NCBI GenBank assembly: GCA_028826165.1
Contig: JAPDFW010000125.1
Location: 434,001 to 498,000, forward strand
Direction: 5' to 3'
DNA: 64,000 nucleotides
DNA from: Anaeramoeba ignava BMAN
Taxonomy: Eukaryota; Protista; Anaeramoebae
Shown piece after piece: positions 38,660 to 51,629 of the stretch (positions within the stretch are counted from its first letter, which is position 1; each line of letters opens with the position of its first letter). The translations under genes were made by a program, and so were the position numbers. The notes under the pieces were generated by a model. It saw only the letters and a program-made list of their open reading frames with translations, searched no databases and was not told the origin of the DNA.

Positions 38660-39648
38660 TTAAATGAGAATGCAACCTTTTTTTTTCTTTGGCTTAATTT
38701 CACCTAAAACAGTTCTCAAAGCTAAATCAAAAGCAGATTTTATATTTTGAGTTGTTTTTGCTGATGTTTCAATAAAACCAACTGCTCCAATTTTTTTGGA
38801 AATTTCTTCACCTTCTTTTGCAGAAATAATCTCTTCTGCATGTTCTTTTGAATAATTGAAATCATTTTTTAAATCAAGTTTTGTTCCCACAAGAATTATT
38901 GGAGTTTTTGGGGTTTGACTTCTCACTTCAGGAACCCACTTTATATTTATATTTAAATTTATATTTATATTTAGATTTATATTTAAATTTATATTTATAT
39001 TTAGATTTAGATTTAAATTTAGATTTAAATTTATATTTAGATTTAAATTTAGATTTAAATTTATATTTAGATTTAAATTTAGATTTAAATTTAGATTTAG
39101 GTTTAGATTTAGATTTATATTTATATTTATATTTATATTTAGATTTAGATTTTGATTTTAATTTAGATTAACAAACCAATGTTTGAACATTTTCTAAAGA
39201 AGTTTTGGAAACAGTTGAATAAAGCATCATAATAACATCAGCTCCATCATAAGAAAGAACACGAATATTCTTCAATTCTTCTTGACCAGCTAAATAAATA
39301 TTGAAATAAATATATAAATAAATATTTAAATAAATATATAAATAAATATTGAAATAAATATTAAAATAAATATTGAAATAAATATTGAAATAAATATTGA
39401 AATAAATATATAAATAAATATTGAAATAAATATTGAAATAAATATTGAAATAAATTTATAAATAAATTACCAGTATCCCATAAAGAAAAACGAATTATTT
39501 CTTCATTAATTGGAACATCACATGTATAATTCTCAAAAATAGTTGGAACATAACTATCAGGAAATTTATTTTGTGAATAAGTCATCAAAGCACAAGTTTT
39601 TCCAACTGCTCCATCACCAACAACAACACATTTAATCTCTTTTGTCAT
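38660..39648 (-). CDS. Second Rac/Rho-family GTPase; 3 exons with the same intron positions as the 11525 gene
   Basis: [38 protein letters not shown], polybasic tail and CAAX (KKKKGCILI). Confidence 0.93.
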
Positions 39649-39688
39649 TAAAATAAAAATTAGGAAAAAAAAAATGAAAAAAAAATTG

Positions 39689-39719
<31 letters not shown>

Positions 39720-39729
39720 TAATTTTGAT

Positions 39730-42700
39730 TTATTTCTTGGAAAAAGATAAAGTAATCAAAATCAAAATTGATAAAATCTTTTCTTTGTTTTTTAAATGAT
39801 TCTGGTATTGATTAAATTTTTCCCAAATCTTTTCAATCAGTTGTTCATGTTGAATTAAAAACTTATTTAAATCTTGTCTTTTTTTCCAATAAATTTTTCC
39901 AATTTGAAGACAATATAATTCAAAATTTCGAATTCCAATTCGGTTATTAATCAAATATTGAGAAAATACTTCTAACAGAAACCAAATTTTTTGTTTTTGA
40001 TATTCTTCTTTAGATTTTATCAATTGATGAAGTAAATTTTTTGTAATTTCATGACATTTTTTCAATTCCAAACATCCAAGAATTCGAAATAATTCATTTT
40101 GAAAATTTTCATTTGCTTCCATCGCTTCTTGCTTCATTAATGAAAATAAAACCAAATAATTATAAAGTATTCTTGATTTCAATTTCAATGATAATTTCTT
40201 CTCATCTTGATTTTTTTCATTGGAAAATTTTTCCATTTGGTTTTTTTTGAAATAATAAGAATCATATCCAAAATAATGATATAAATTTTGTTTTTTTTGC
40301 TTTTTGGTTTTGTTTTCTTCGTTTTTTTCTGAAATTTTCATTTTAATTTCATCCATTTTTTCTGCCCAACCAAATTGTTCTTTTGTGATAGTAAAAACTT
40401 CCAAGGAATCAATAACAATTTCATTTTTTGGAACATGACAATTTGAGATTCGAATAACTAAAGAATGATCAGAAACAATACTTTCTTCAATTGATAATCC
40501 AAAATTATACCACTTTGTGACTTGATCTTTTGTGTTGATTTTTCTGTTCAAAACTTGGATTGTTTTTGGAATGCAATCGGGATTATATTTTCCCAATAAA
40601 ATTCTCAATCCAACAAAAACTTTCATTGGATTTTGATTTGTGATTACTAATTCATATTCCTTTTGTTGTTTACTTGGTTTTTTGGAAATGTAAAATGTTT
40701 TCTTTTTATCCAGTTTTTTTGCAAATGCTTCTTGTGGTATTCCGTTTGTAAAACTTCCTGAAAAATTAAATTCTTGTAGTGGTGTTGGTATAAATTTTTC
40801 AAAATAATTTAGTGGTAATTGTATTTCTTTTGTAGGAAGTAATAAATTGAGTTTTGAAGAATGTTGAAGAATGTCTTTCATTGATGATTTCAATGGCTTT
40901 TCTTTTTCTTTTTCTTTTTCTTTTTCTTTTTCTTTTTCTTTTTCCTTTTCCTTTTCCTTTTCTTTTTCTTGAATTTTTTTTCTAATTTTTTCTTTCATTT
41001 CTCTCATTTTTTTCATTTTCTTTTCGATAGCACCAAAATAGTTATCAGGTTGAGAATCTGAATCTGAATCTGAATCTGAACCTGATAAATATTTTAATTT
41101 TGATTTTAATTTTGGTTTTGATTTAAATTTAAATTTAAACTTCTGTTTCGGTTTTGATTTTTCTTTTGGTTTTAATTTTGAATTTAATTTTGGTTTTAAT
41201 TTTGAATCTGAATCTGAATCTGAATCTGATTTTGATTTTGATTTTGATTCTGAATCTGATGTTTCTGATGTTTCTGATGTTTCTGATGATTCTGATTCTG
41301 ATTCTGATGTTTCTGACTCTGATGTTTCTGATTCTGATAAATCCTTATGTATTTTTGATTTAATTCTTTTTTCATCTTTTTTTTTTTCATCTTGATAAGT
41401 TTGAATTTGAATATTAATATCTTGGTCATTATTATCATCTCCCAAAAATCCAAAAGGATCAAATAAATCGTCTTGTTTAACCTCTTTTAATTTCTCTGGC
41501 TCTTTTGCTTTTTGTTGTATTTGTTCTTTTTTCTTCTTAATATTTTTGCTTCGAGAAAACTTTGGTGATAATTCATATAAATTAATTGATCCTGTAGATG
41601 ATAAAACAAAAACAAAATCTTTTGTCTCTTCAGGTTTTTGTTGAAGTCCAAATGTAAAATCTGAAATTTTTTCATCTTCTTCATATTCATTCTTTTGTGT
41701 AAAATTGGATAATAAATTAGGCATTGGCGAAATTCCAATAATTCTTCCATTGGGGGAATTACGAATAATATTAATCAAAACTTTTTCCTTTTCAAACTTG
41801 AAAAAAGCAACAACATTCACATCACTATGAGATTTGGCAAAATAAAGATCGTTGTAGTTTGGAAGTTTTTCAAACCTTGTGAATGGGGTGTATTTTTGGC
41901 AATTATCAGGAACATCTTCATATAATGGTGTAATTTGCGAGAATCCATCCAAATTAGAATTGATTTTCCCAACAAAACAATAGTTATTCTGTTTTGAATC
42001 TTGATTTTCATCATTTTCAATCCCGTAGTAATTGCAAAACAACAGATCATTTTCAGCACAATAATCAATATGAAGATTTTTATCAGTTTGTAATTTGGAT
42101 GGAATTTGAATTTCTTGTGTTAAATAACAGGCACCTCCATCTGAAACGGGAGTTAATTTTTGAACAAATAGTTTCCCACTCATTGTTGATATGAAAGCAT
42201 AAATTTGAGAATCTTTTTTGCTTTTCAGAAAGAGTCCATCACAAATTTGTGAATCAAAAGGAGTGATATAATGAATTGGGGAAAGAGTATCCTTTGATAA
42301 ATCATATACTTTAACAAATCCATTTGTGACAATACCAATTTTAACTTGAGAATCAGGGATCCATTGCGCATGAATTACAAACAAATCCTCGCCTATTGTC
42401 TCGAGCATTAATTCAACAGGGATATTCTTAACAATATTCATTTTATCGTCAATCTCAATCACTGAGCAATTTCTTAATCCTGTTAAGGCAATATATCCAG
42501 AATAAACTTTATTGGGTTGAATTTGAATAATTTCAAACGGAAAATTAGAAGTTGCTAAATTCTTTCTTTTCTCTTTTTCTAATGGAAGGTTTTGCTTTTC
42601 CCTTACAATATCATTCGCATCCAAAATTACCAGATTACTTTTTTCTCCAATTAATAATTGCCCAGTAGCCAAAGAGGAAAGAACTTTTCTTTGCAAAATA

Positions 42701-45700
42701 TGGCATTTCACAAGAAATTCAAATACTTGGCTTCTTTCCGCTGTTTCCAACTCCATATCGAAGCATCCTTCGTTAAAACATGAATTAGGATTAAATATCG
42801 TTGATTTTTGAAATTTCTTTAAAATAAAACTACAACCTCCATTCTGATTTCCATTCTTTTCTGGAAATATCCCTCCTCCAAAATCATAATCATCATCCTC
42901 ATTCAATAGTTGGTCTTTTTCCTTTTTACAGTAAAGATCTTCGCAGTAGTTCCCAATGAATTTGGTCAGAAAAAGTTCAGCTTCACTTATATTTTTCTGA
43001 TTTGTATAGAAATTTGATAAATACTGTTTCAAAATTTCATTTTTCATAACAATTTCTCGGAATTTTGTTTGGAGTTTCATTTCATCCTTGCTTTTTTCTC
43101 TCTTTTTCTTTGTTTTTCTCTTCTTTTTTTGTTTCTGTTTTTTGTTTTTGCTTTTAATCCCAACTTGATTTGTGTTGTTTTCTTCTTGATCTCCCAAATT
43201 CTTAAATTTCAAACGCTGCTCTTTATGCGTGATATATTCTAATTTTGATAAAACAGACCTTGGTTGTAAAGACTCACAATTTTGGCGCAACTCATCTCCA
43301 CAAGAACAATAAAAAGAACCAAAACTTGCATAAGAAACATCATGACCTTTTAATAAGTGACAATTAATAGCACATGTTGTACAACACCCTCGATCTCCTG
43401 TAAGACCACAAGTAAAACAATGATAATAATGCTGATGCTCCCGATTTCTTCCAGTAATTACGAATGTGCAAATATCATCTCCTTGAGTTTTCTTTTCTTT
43501 TTGTTCTTGTTCTTTTTGTTCTTTTTCTTTTTGTTCTTGTTCTTTTTCTTTTTCTTTTTCTTTTTCTTGTTCTTTTTCTTTTAAATCAATTTCTTCGTTT
43601 CCTGATTCCCAAATATCATCATCTTTTTCTTCATAAATATTCTTGAATATTTCTTTTTCTTGATCTTGTTCTTTTTCTTGATCTTTTTCATCAATTTGTT
43701 TGATTCTGCTTTTTGTCTTTTTTTTCCAAATATGTTGATTTGCTTCTCCAATTTCAACATTTATCCGTAAAAATAATTTCAATTTGTTTAGTTGATGAAA
43801 ATCAAGTAAAGAAATATCAATAGGATATTTAGTAACAATTCCACAACTCTTATCAAATATTTGAAGTGTTCGATTCCCACTTTCATCCAATAAACAAATT
43901 TGGTGTAAAATATTGAAATAATTTCCATAATCCAAAAATGATTTTGCTTCAATAAAGCTGAGGAATAAATTAAAAATTTGTTCATTTTCGCTTGCAAGGT
44001 GAATAATAAAATCAACTTCGTTTTGGTTCTTGTTCTGTTCGTTTTCTTTTTCTTCAATGATTTTATTTTCCAAATTTAAGTTGTCTCTAAGTATTTTGGT
44101 CATTGTTTCGTCTGTTATTTTTGAAAATGAGTTGATAAAATTCTGATGAAAGGGTTTGTCATCAATTTTGGAAATTTCATTTAAAAGTTTATAAGCTTGA
44201 TCCTTAAATGAATTGCTAAGATTACTAATTTCTAAGATGAGCGAAAAATCTGGAATCATTTTTAATGGTGGGATTTTTTTTTGTTCAACAATTATTGCTG
44301 AAATTGTTTTGAATGAATGAACTATTGATTTGTCTGTTATTCTAAATAAATTTTGGATCAGCTCTTGTTCACTCAAAGAATTTTGATTTTGGTTTTGGTT
44401 TCTCATTGATTGATAATTAGAAATACTTAATTTCATTTGGTTAAATAGATTAGAAATGGCTTGAATTTGGAAATATTCAAATTTGCTCTCTTTTTCTATC
44501 AATTGGATCTTTTCATCACAAAACCCTCTTAATTTAAGAAATCGTACATCTGTAGCCATTTTAGTAAGTATTTGGTAGAGTTTTTCTTTAGAAAGTATGA
44601 AATCTTGCTTTTTCTTTTCTGTTTCTAATTCTTTAGATAGAAGTATTGAGAAAATTTCTGAAATTAAATGGGCAAATTTCATCAAGTTATATTGTAAAGA
44701 AAAAACCATTTTCTCATAGCGATGATTTTCCATGTGAACCATTAAATCATAATAAAATTGTTTTTCCGCATTTTTTGAAATAACTTTCTCAATTTTGATA
44801 TTCGGCTCAAATTCACACCATGAAATCATTTTGTTAACAGTTTGTTTATCAATAACCTCTAATAAAAGTTTTTCCATCTCATTTTTTGCCAAATCAATTC
44901 TCCAAATTTCATCTAAAATGGGTAGAATAGTAATTGGAACAAGTTGCATTTGTTGAGCAAATAAGCCCAAATAAAAGCTTTGTAACTGAATAAAGCAATT
45001 TATAATTTTTCCAAAAAGCTCTGGGGTGTTTAAAAATAATGATGAACAAATGACTTTACTTTGCAAAAATTCCTGTTCCTCAATTTCCAATTTGGAATCA
45101 ATACCAAATTTCTGGAAATGTTCAAGTTCAGAAACCAACGGTATTTGTGAATGAAGAAAGAAAATGATTGAGGATATTAATTGGAGAGAATGAAAAGTGT
45201 TGTTCTTTTGGTAAAATTGCATAATACTGTTTAAAATATCAATTAATTTGGTAAATAGATTAGCAATATCTTCATTCGGTACCATATGAAGATTTAGCAA
45301 AGTGGAATTTAAAATGAAAATAAACTGTGAAATTTCATTAAAATTATCAAATTTGGAAATGTAAACTAAATATTCTGATATTGTTTCTTTGTTAATTGGT
45401 AATTCAATTGTCTTCATCAAATCCCAACAATTTTGGAAATAATAAATATCAATTCTGTTTCTTTCTGTTTGTTTTTCATCATAAATTAAATTTAAATTTA
45501 AATTTAAATCACAAATTTTCCAAAGAATTGACTGTAAATTATTTTTTTGGCAAAGTTCTTGTATTTCTTTATGAATTTGGTTTTTCTTCTGGTTTTCTTG
45601 TTTTAATGGAATAGAAAAAAAACCATCTTTAGATACTATTGGAACCAAATCAATTGAGAATAAAACATTAAGATCTAAATAAAAAGAATTTGAAAATTCA

Positions 45701-48380
45701 CTACCCGCATTAATCAATAAATGATTGAATACAAGCAATACTTTCGCAAGTAAGTGTAATTTTTGTGATTGGAGTTTTGGGATTTGATCAACAATTTGAG
45801 AAATAATTTTAATTAAATCTTGAACAATCTTCTTTTGGCTCTGGAAATCAATCATATCAAATAATAAAAGTAATAATTTAACTTGTTCAAGTGACCATAA
45901 CTTTTGGATTTGTTCTGAATTCGATTCTTTTGTATCTGATAATGTATTGGATAAGACCTTTAAATTGTGCTCCCAAAAACTGATTCCAAAATTGGGAATT
46001 TTTTGATTAGTTTGCTTCGAGTCCATATTAATTTTCATTAATAAACGAGAAAGAAGAGATAAATTCTCAATTGGGATATCGAGTTTTCTTTCTAAATCAT
46101 TCATGGCATTCTTTAATAAATATTGAGATAAATCCTCGTTAATAATACTGCTTGATATAATCAATGCATTCATTTTACGTGATAGAACTAATAATTTAGT
46201 ATTTTTGATTTTTTCTAATTGGTCTGAAAAAAAAGAACCAAGTTTTAATAAAGTATCAACATGGAAATTATTCATTGAGTGTCTGAAATTTTCAATAACT
46301 TTTTCTTTTGAAATGTTTAAATTTGATAATGTTAAAATTGAAATACAAAATTGTAAAATATTTTCTAATGAATTGATATGCATTTCAGCAGAATGATCTT
46401 TATTTGAAAGTGATTGATCTTGGGTATCTGCTATATTATCAAAGATTGATTGAAGTTCAATACCGTATTCATCTTCATCCTCATCTTCATAGCTTATTTT
46501 TTGCTTCTTTTTATCTTTTTTATCTGATTTCTTTGATCTGATTTGCTTTAGTAATTGAGATCTGAGATCGCTTATTTGTGGCTTTAGTTTTTCTTTTGGC
46601 TTTTCTTTTTCTTTTTCTATTTTAATTTCTTTGATATTGTTAATATTGGCTATTAAATGGAAATAGGGAATAAGTATTGATCCAAATAGAGAGTTTAGAA
46701 ATCGAGTTTTAGAAATATCGTCAATGATAAGCCTTTCAAGTAGTCTGTCTTCATAATCAACCAAATAATCAAACTTGAATTTTTGGAGATTATCATTTGA
46801 ATTGTTTTCGTTGTTTTCCGTTTCAATTAAATTCGATTTTTCCTTTGTTTGTGTATAGGTTTTAAGACTAAATTGAAAATGTTTCTGAAGTGAGTCGTTT
46901 GAATCCTTTTTGGGTTGTTTATGAAATAAAGCATTTAGTGATTGGAAATAAAAATCAATTTGGTCAATTGTGAGGCCTGTGCTTTGTTGTATTGGATTAA
47001 AATCTTCGATGCTTTTTAAAGGTGTTTGGAACTGAGATGCTAATAAATTGAGTTTTCCAATAAACTTGTATGAAATAACGAAATGCAAGTTTCTTGAAAG
47101 AAAATCGGGAAAGCAATTTTGAATGAAATTGAGGATCTTTTCAATTAAATTTTTAAACATTAGTTGTTGTTCCAAGAACCCATTCATTGAAGTATCAAGG
47201 ATTGAGAAAAGTGATTGAGCAATATGAGCATCACAAACAATACGATTGTCGAGATTTTGCATAAGTTGAATGAGTTTTATTACTGTTGATAAATTGGGCA
47301 GATCCTTTTCATCTTTTGTATTTTGAATTAGAAAAACGCAATCCGCAAGAAGATTTTTGATTTGGTCTTCAAGAATTGATGAAGAGTGCATCTTTAAGAA
47401 TGGGAGATTAATAAAGGGAGAGATTTCCATTGCATCCTCCTCTTTTTCTTTTGCTTGGGTTTGCGACTCTCCATATTTCGCAACCTTTCCATCAATTAAC
47501 CCCAAAAGAAATGAATTTTGATCAGGAGGAATTTGCTGAATTGTCTTTTGCTCAATGAGAGAAATGACTTCAGGCTTTGGCTCACTTTCTTGATGTAATA
47601 CCTCTTTTGCCGGTTCGTAATTGATTGAAAAATCAAATTTAGGAATTTCAAGAGATTCAGTTGTTTTGACTAAATTTGTAATATTCTTCTCAGTATTCAT
47701 TTCAAAAGAACAGAAAGATAAATTAGAAAGTATTTCAATAAAAAGTTGGCGAATTTTGTTTTTCAGTTGGATATCTTGTTGTTTGCTTTCTTTGTTATCA
47801 AAGGGATTTTTAAAGTATGTGAAACAAAAATTGAAAATTGAATCAAAAGATTGGAAAATTAGATTAGATTGTTGAGAACTAAAATCAACTTTTATAATGT
47901 TATTTTGTTAAAAAAAAAACTAATTTTAAATAATTTTTTTTTTTTTGGAAATTAAAATTTACTTTTCAAATTTTCCCAATTAATTGAAAATAAAACTGAA
48001 GACCATAAATTTAAAAAATAAGCAATAAATTTTGATTGACTAAGTGATAAAGCAAAATTGTTTTTGGACAAAGTATCTAAGAAATAATTTAGCATTCCAA
48101 CTAATTTTTCTAATTGGTCAAAATTTTTATTATTTAAAATTTCTTTTTTTTTTGTTTTTAATTCTTGAAGAAATTCTTTTAAATAAATTTGTAATTCTTC
48201 TTGATTTTGTTCTTCTAATTCATTTTTTGCATTTGCCTTTTTTATTTTTATTTTTTTTTTTGATTCATTTTAAATTTGGAATTTTATTATATTAATTAAT
48301 TTCTAAAAACAAAAAACAAAAAACAAAAAACAAACAAGTAAAACTGCAAAAGTCAATAAATTTGAAAATTCTTTATCCAT
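39730..48380 (-). CDS. UBR4: UBR4/p600/BIG-like protein (UBR box, beta-propeller, DOC-like domain), apparently lacking the C-terminal half; two short 5' exons upstream of the 2656-aa ORF
   Basis: UBR box CTF...QHYYHCFTC...CC..CA..CH..GH.......FYCSCG; UBR4-type VKVYDLSKDTLSPIHY and VGLRILLG...IDSLEVF. In-frame upstream exons start at ATG 48380 (MDKEF), with introns at about 48344-48238 and 47962-47889. Confidence 0.8.
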
Positions 48381-48647
48381 CTTTTTTGTTGTTGTTTCTT
48401 TATTTTTAAAAAGTAAAAAAAATGAAAAATGAAAAATGAAAAAATTGAAAAAAATTTTTTCTCTTTTCTTTAAAAAATGAGAATAAAAAAGAGAACTAAA
48501 AAACAAAAAAAACAAAAAAAGAACATTTGAAATTGAAAACAATTTTTTTTTAAAACAAAACAATTCAAAACAAATTTTTTTCATTTTTTTCATTTTTTTC
48601 ATTTTTTTCATTTTTTTCATTTTTTGGATCAAAAATTAAAAATAGAA

Positions 48648-49085
48648 ATGTCAAAACAAGGAGCTGATCTTCAAATTTGTAATTCAGAATTAGTTAATTT
48701 ATTTGATGTTTTAATGAAAACTTTTGAATCACTTAATTTTCAAATTTTAGAAGAAAATGAGAAAAGAAAATCTTTAGAAATGAAAAAAAAAGAACTTGAA
48801 ATTGAAATTAAAGAAAAAGAGAAAAAATTATCAGAAAAAATTAATCAAAAAGAAAAATTAATTAAGATCTTAAAAGAAGGAAAAAATCAAATGATTCAGG
48901 TTTTTATTTTAAAAATTAAATTAAATTAATTTTTTTAATTTTTTAATTAATTTTTTAATTAGATGACAGAAACTTCAAAAAAATTAGTTAAATTTTTAGA
49001 AGAAAAGAAAAATTTAATCCAAAAAAATAATCTCATTTTGAAAATTAATCCAAATAATTTGAAAATGAATGATTTTTTTTATTAA
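48648..49085 (+). CDS. SSNA1: SSNA1/DIP13/NA14-family small coiled-coil microtubule protein; exons 48648-48899, 48963-49085
   Basis: MSKQGADLQICNSELV matches the conserved SSNA1 N-terminus (M.QQGA.LQ.YNNELV); coiled coil; correct size. Confidence 0.75.
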
Positions 49086-49316
49086 ATTTCAATTTATAAA
49101 AAAAGAAAAAAAAAAGAGGAATAAAAATATGGATTAAAAAATTAAATTAAATTGAATTAAAAAAAAAATGAATCAGCTAAATCGAGTTGGAAAATGAAAT
49201 AATCCAGTTGTCAAAAAAAAAACTTATTTGAAAAAAATAAAAATGAAAAAAAAAAAAATCCAAATCATTTTTCAAATCTTTTTTTTTAATTTTTATTTTA
49301 ATTTTAAAACACAAAA

Positions 49317-50631
49317 ATGATCATAAATCAAAATCAATTTTATTTGAAAAAATATATTACACAAAATTTCCCAACATTTCTTAATTCAAAATCAACAAAA
49401 ATTAATTTCCATTCTTCAACAAAAAATGATTCATTGAAAGAAGAAATTCTTCTTGATGATAAATTGACACAACTCAAACTGATTAAAACACCAATAATTA
49501 AAGAAGACACAATTTCGCTTTTAAAAAGAATAAGATTTGCTGCAAATGATATGAAATATAGTTTTAGTGAATCAATTAAATCAGTAAATATTGATTGATT
49601 TGAAGAAATCCAAAAAAAAAAAAAATCAAAAATAATTCATGATGAAAAAAAAACAAAAAACAAAAAACAAAAATTTAAAGTTATTAACTAAATATCAAAT
49701 AGAAAATATTGAATTAAGAAGAAAAGATGAATTACTTGGATTTATAACACTTAAAAAACACAAAATATTTATAGAAGAAAAACCAATCGAAAATTATTAT
49801 CTCACTAATTTTTGTGTAAATCCAACAATGAGATCAAGAGGATATGGTAAATTGATCATAAATAATGTGCTCTCTTATTTGGATGCGCAAATTGGAGAGG
49901 AACCATCATTGATTTCCTGTTTTATTAAAGAATCAAATATTCAAACAGTGAAAGCTTTTCTTCATCTTGGATTCAATATTGCTGCCAAATATCGAACCTT
50001 TTGGCTATCAGATATAAACCCTCAATCTTCTCATCAACTGGTTCGATTGAATGACGAGAAGATGGTTAATATTGATGAATATAAGGGATTTTGGGAGAAG
50101 TTTTCTGAATCACATTCCAAATTTATTTTGAATGATTTTCGCGATTGGGTTTTAAAAGATGATTTTTATGGATTAAAGAAAAATAACGAGATTGTTGCTG
50201 CAGCTCAATTCACGCCAATCAAATTGCAATTCCACCCCATTTCCGCTCAAACAATATGGGACGAGATACTGAATATTGTGTGCAGTCTTTATCCACAACC
50301 ACTTCTTGAAAAAGAATTGATTCATCCCTTTTTTAATTTTTCAATCCCGTATTTTAAAGAAGGAAATGAAGACCAATTTGTGGAATTGATTAAAACAGTT
50401 CTACAAAACTCAAAAATGAGAGCTGTTTCGGGTCTTTTTGATGAAAGGAATGAAATGTTCAAAAACTTGTTTTATTATGTTCGTAAAAATAAAAAAATGG
50501 GAGAATTTGGGAAAATTTTAACAGAACAACTTCCTTTAACTTTTTTCATGGTTGAATTCAAAAATTTCAAAATGGAAACATTACAAAAAATTAAGAACAA
50601 ATCAATAAATTATTCTTTTAGAGGTTTTTAA
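49317..50631 (+). CDS. GNAT-family acetyltransferase; probably 2 exons (intron about 49561-49702)
   Basis: Acetyl-CoA motif A in YLTNFCVNPTMRSRGYGKLI and N...KAFLHLGF; phase-1 intron joins ORFs 49317 and 49639. Confidence 0.7.
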
Positions 50632-50703
50632 TGTTTTTTTTCAAATGAAATTTGGAATTGAAATTCAGAATAAAAAAAAAAAACAAAAAAAAAAATTCTT
50701 TTC

Positions 50704-51366
50704 TTAATTTTTATGATTTAATGATTGAATAAAATTCATATAACTTGGCCAATTTATTGGTCTTGGTTGAATTCTTTCGTTTGAATTTTGATCTGTTAAT
50801 ATTTCCAAAACAATATCAGGAGATTTATGTTGTCTTAAAAGAGATTCAATAACACTTTTTTCTTTTTTGATATTTAAAGTTAAAAGCATTGCATTAATAT
50901 TATGAACCTTTCTATCAAAAGGATCCAAAATAACAAGCGGATTTTTTTTAGGATCTTTAACAACTAATGTTTTTTTTGGTTTAGGAATTTCTCTTATTTT
51001 TTCTGGAATTTTGATTTCTTTTGGTTGTTTAATTTCTAATTTTAATTTTAATTTAAATTTTATATTTAATTTATATTTTATTTTAATTTAAATTTTAATT
51101 TTGGTTCTCAATTTAAATTTTTTTGTTTCTTATTGTTATTTACTTATGAAAAGTATATCATTGGTTTTTGTTGTAATTTCTGTTAATTCTTTTGATGATG
51201 TTATTCTTATCCAATCTCCTTCTTGATCAAGATAATAAATTCCTTTTATTTTAGAAATTTGACAAAATTGTTTTAAATTTTCTTCAAATTCTTCATAAGA
51301 AATTGTTTTTTTAATTTGAGTTGAATAAACACAATTTTTAAATTGAAATGCAATTTGAATTTCCAT
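50704..51366 (-). CDS. Small PB1-domain protein with a short C-terminal helical (UBA-like?) domain; 2 exons
   Basis: OPCA motif YLDQEGDWIRITSSKEL; intron at about 51143-51037. Confidence 0.7.
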
Positions 51367-51629
51367 TTTTAAAAAAAAATTAAAGAAAAAATGAAAAGAA
51401 AAAAAATGAAAAAAAATAATTTTCTCCTTTTAAAAAATAATTTAAAAAAAAAATATAAAAATGACAAATTTGAATTAAAATTTATTCTTTTAAAAATTAA
51501 TCTAAAACAAAATTTAATTAAAAATCCAATTAAAATAAAAAGAATTATTATTTTTTTTTTCGAATTTTTTTTTCATTTTTTTTTTTTAAATTTTTTTAAA
51601 AAAACAAAAACAAAAAGCAAAAAAAAAAA

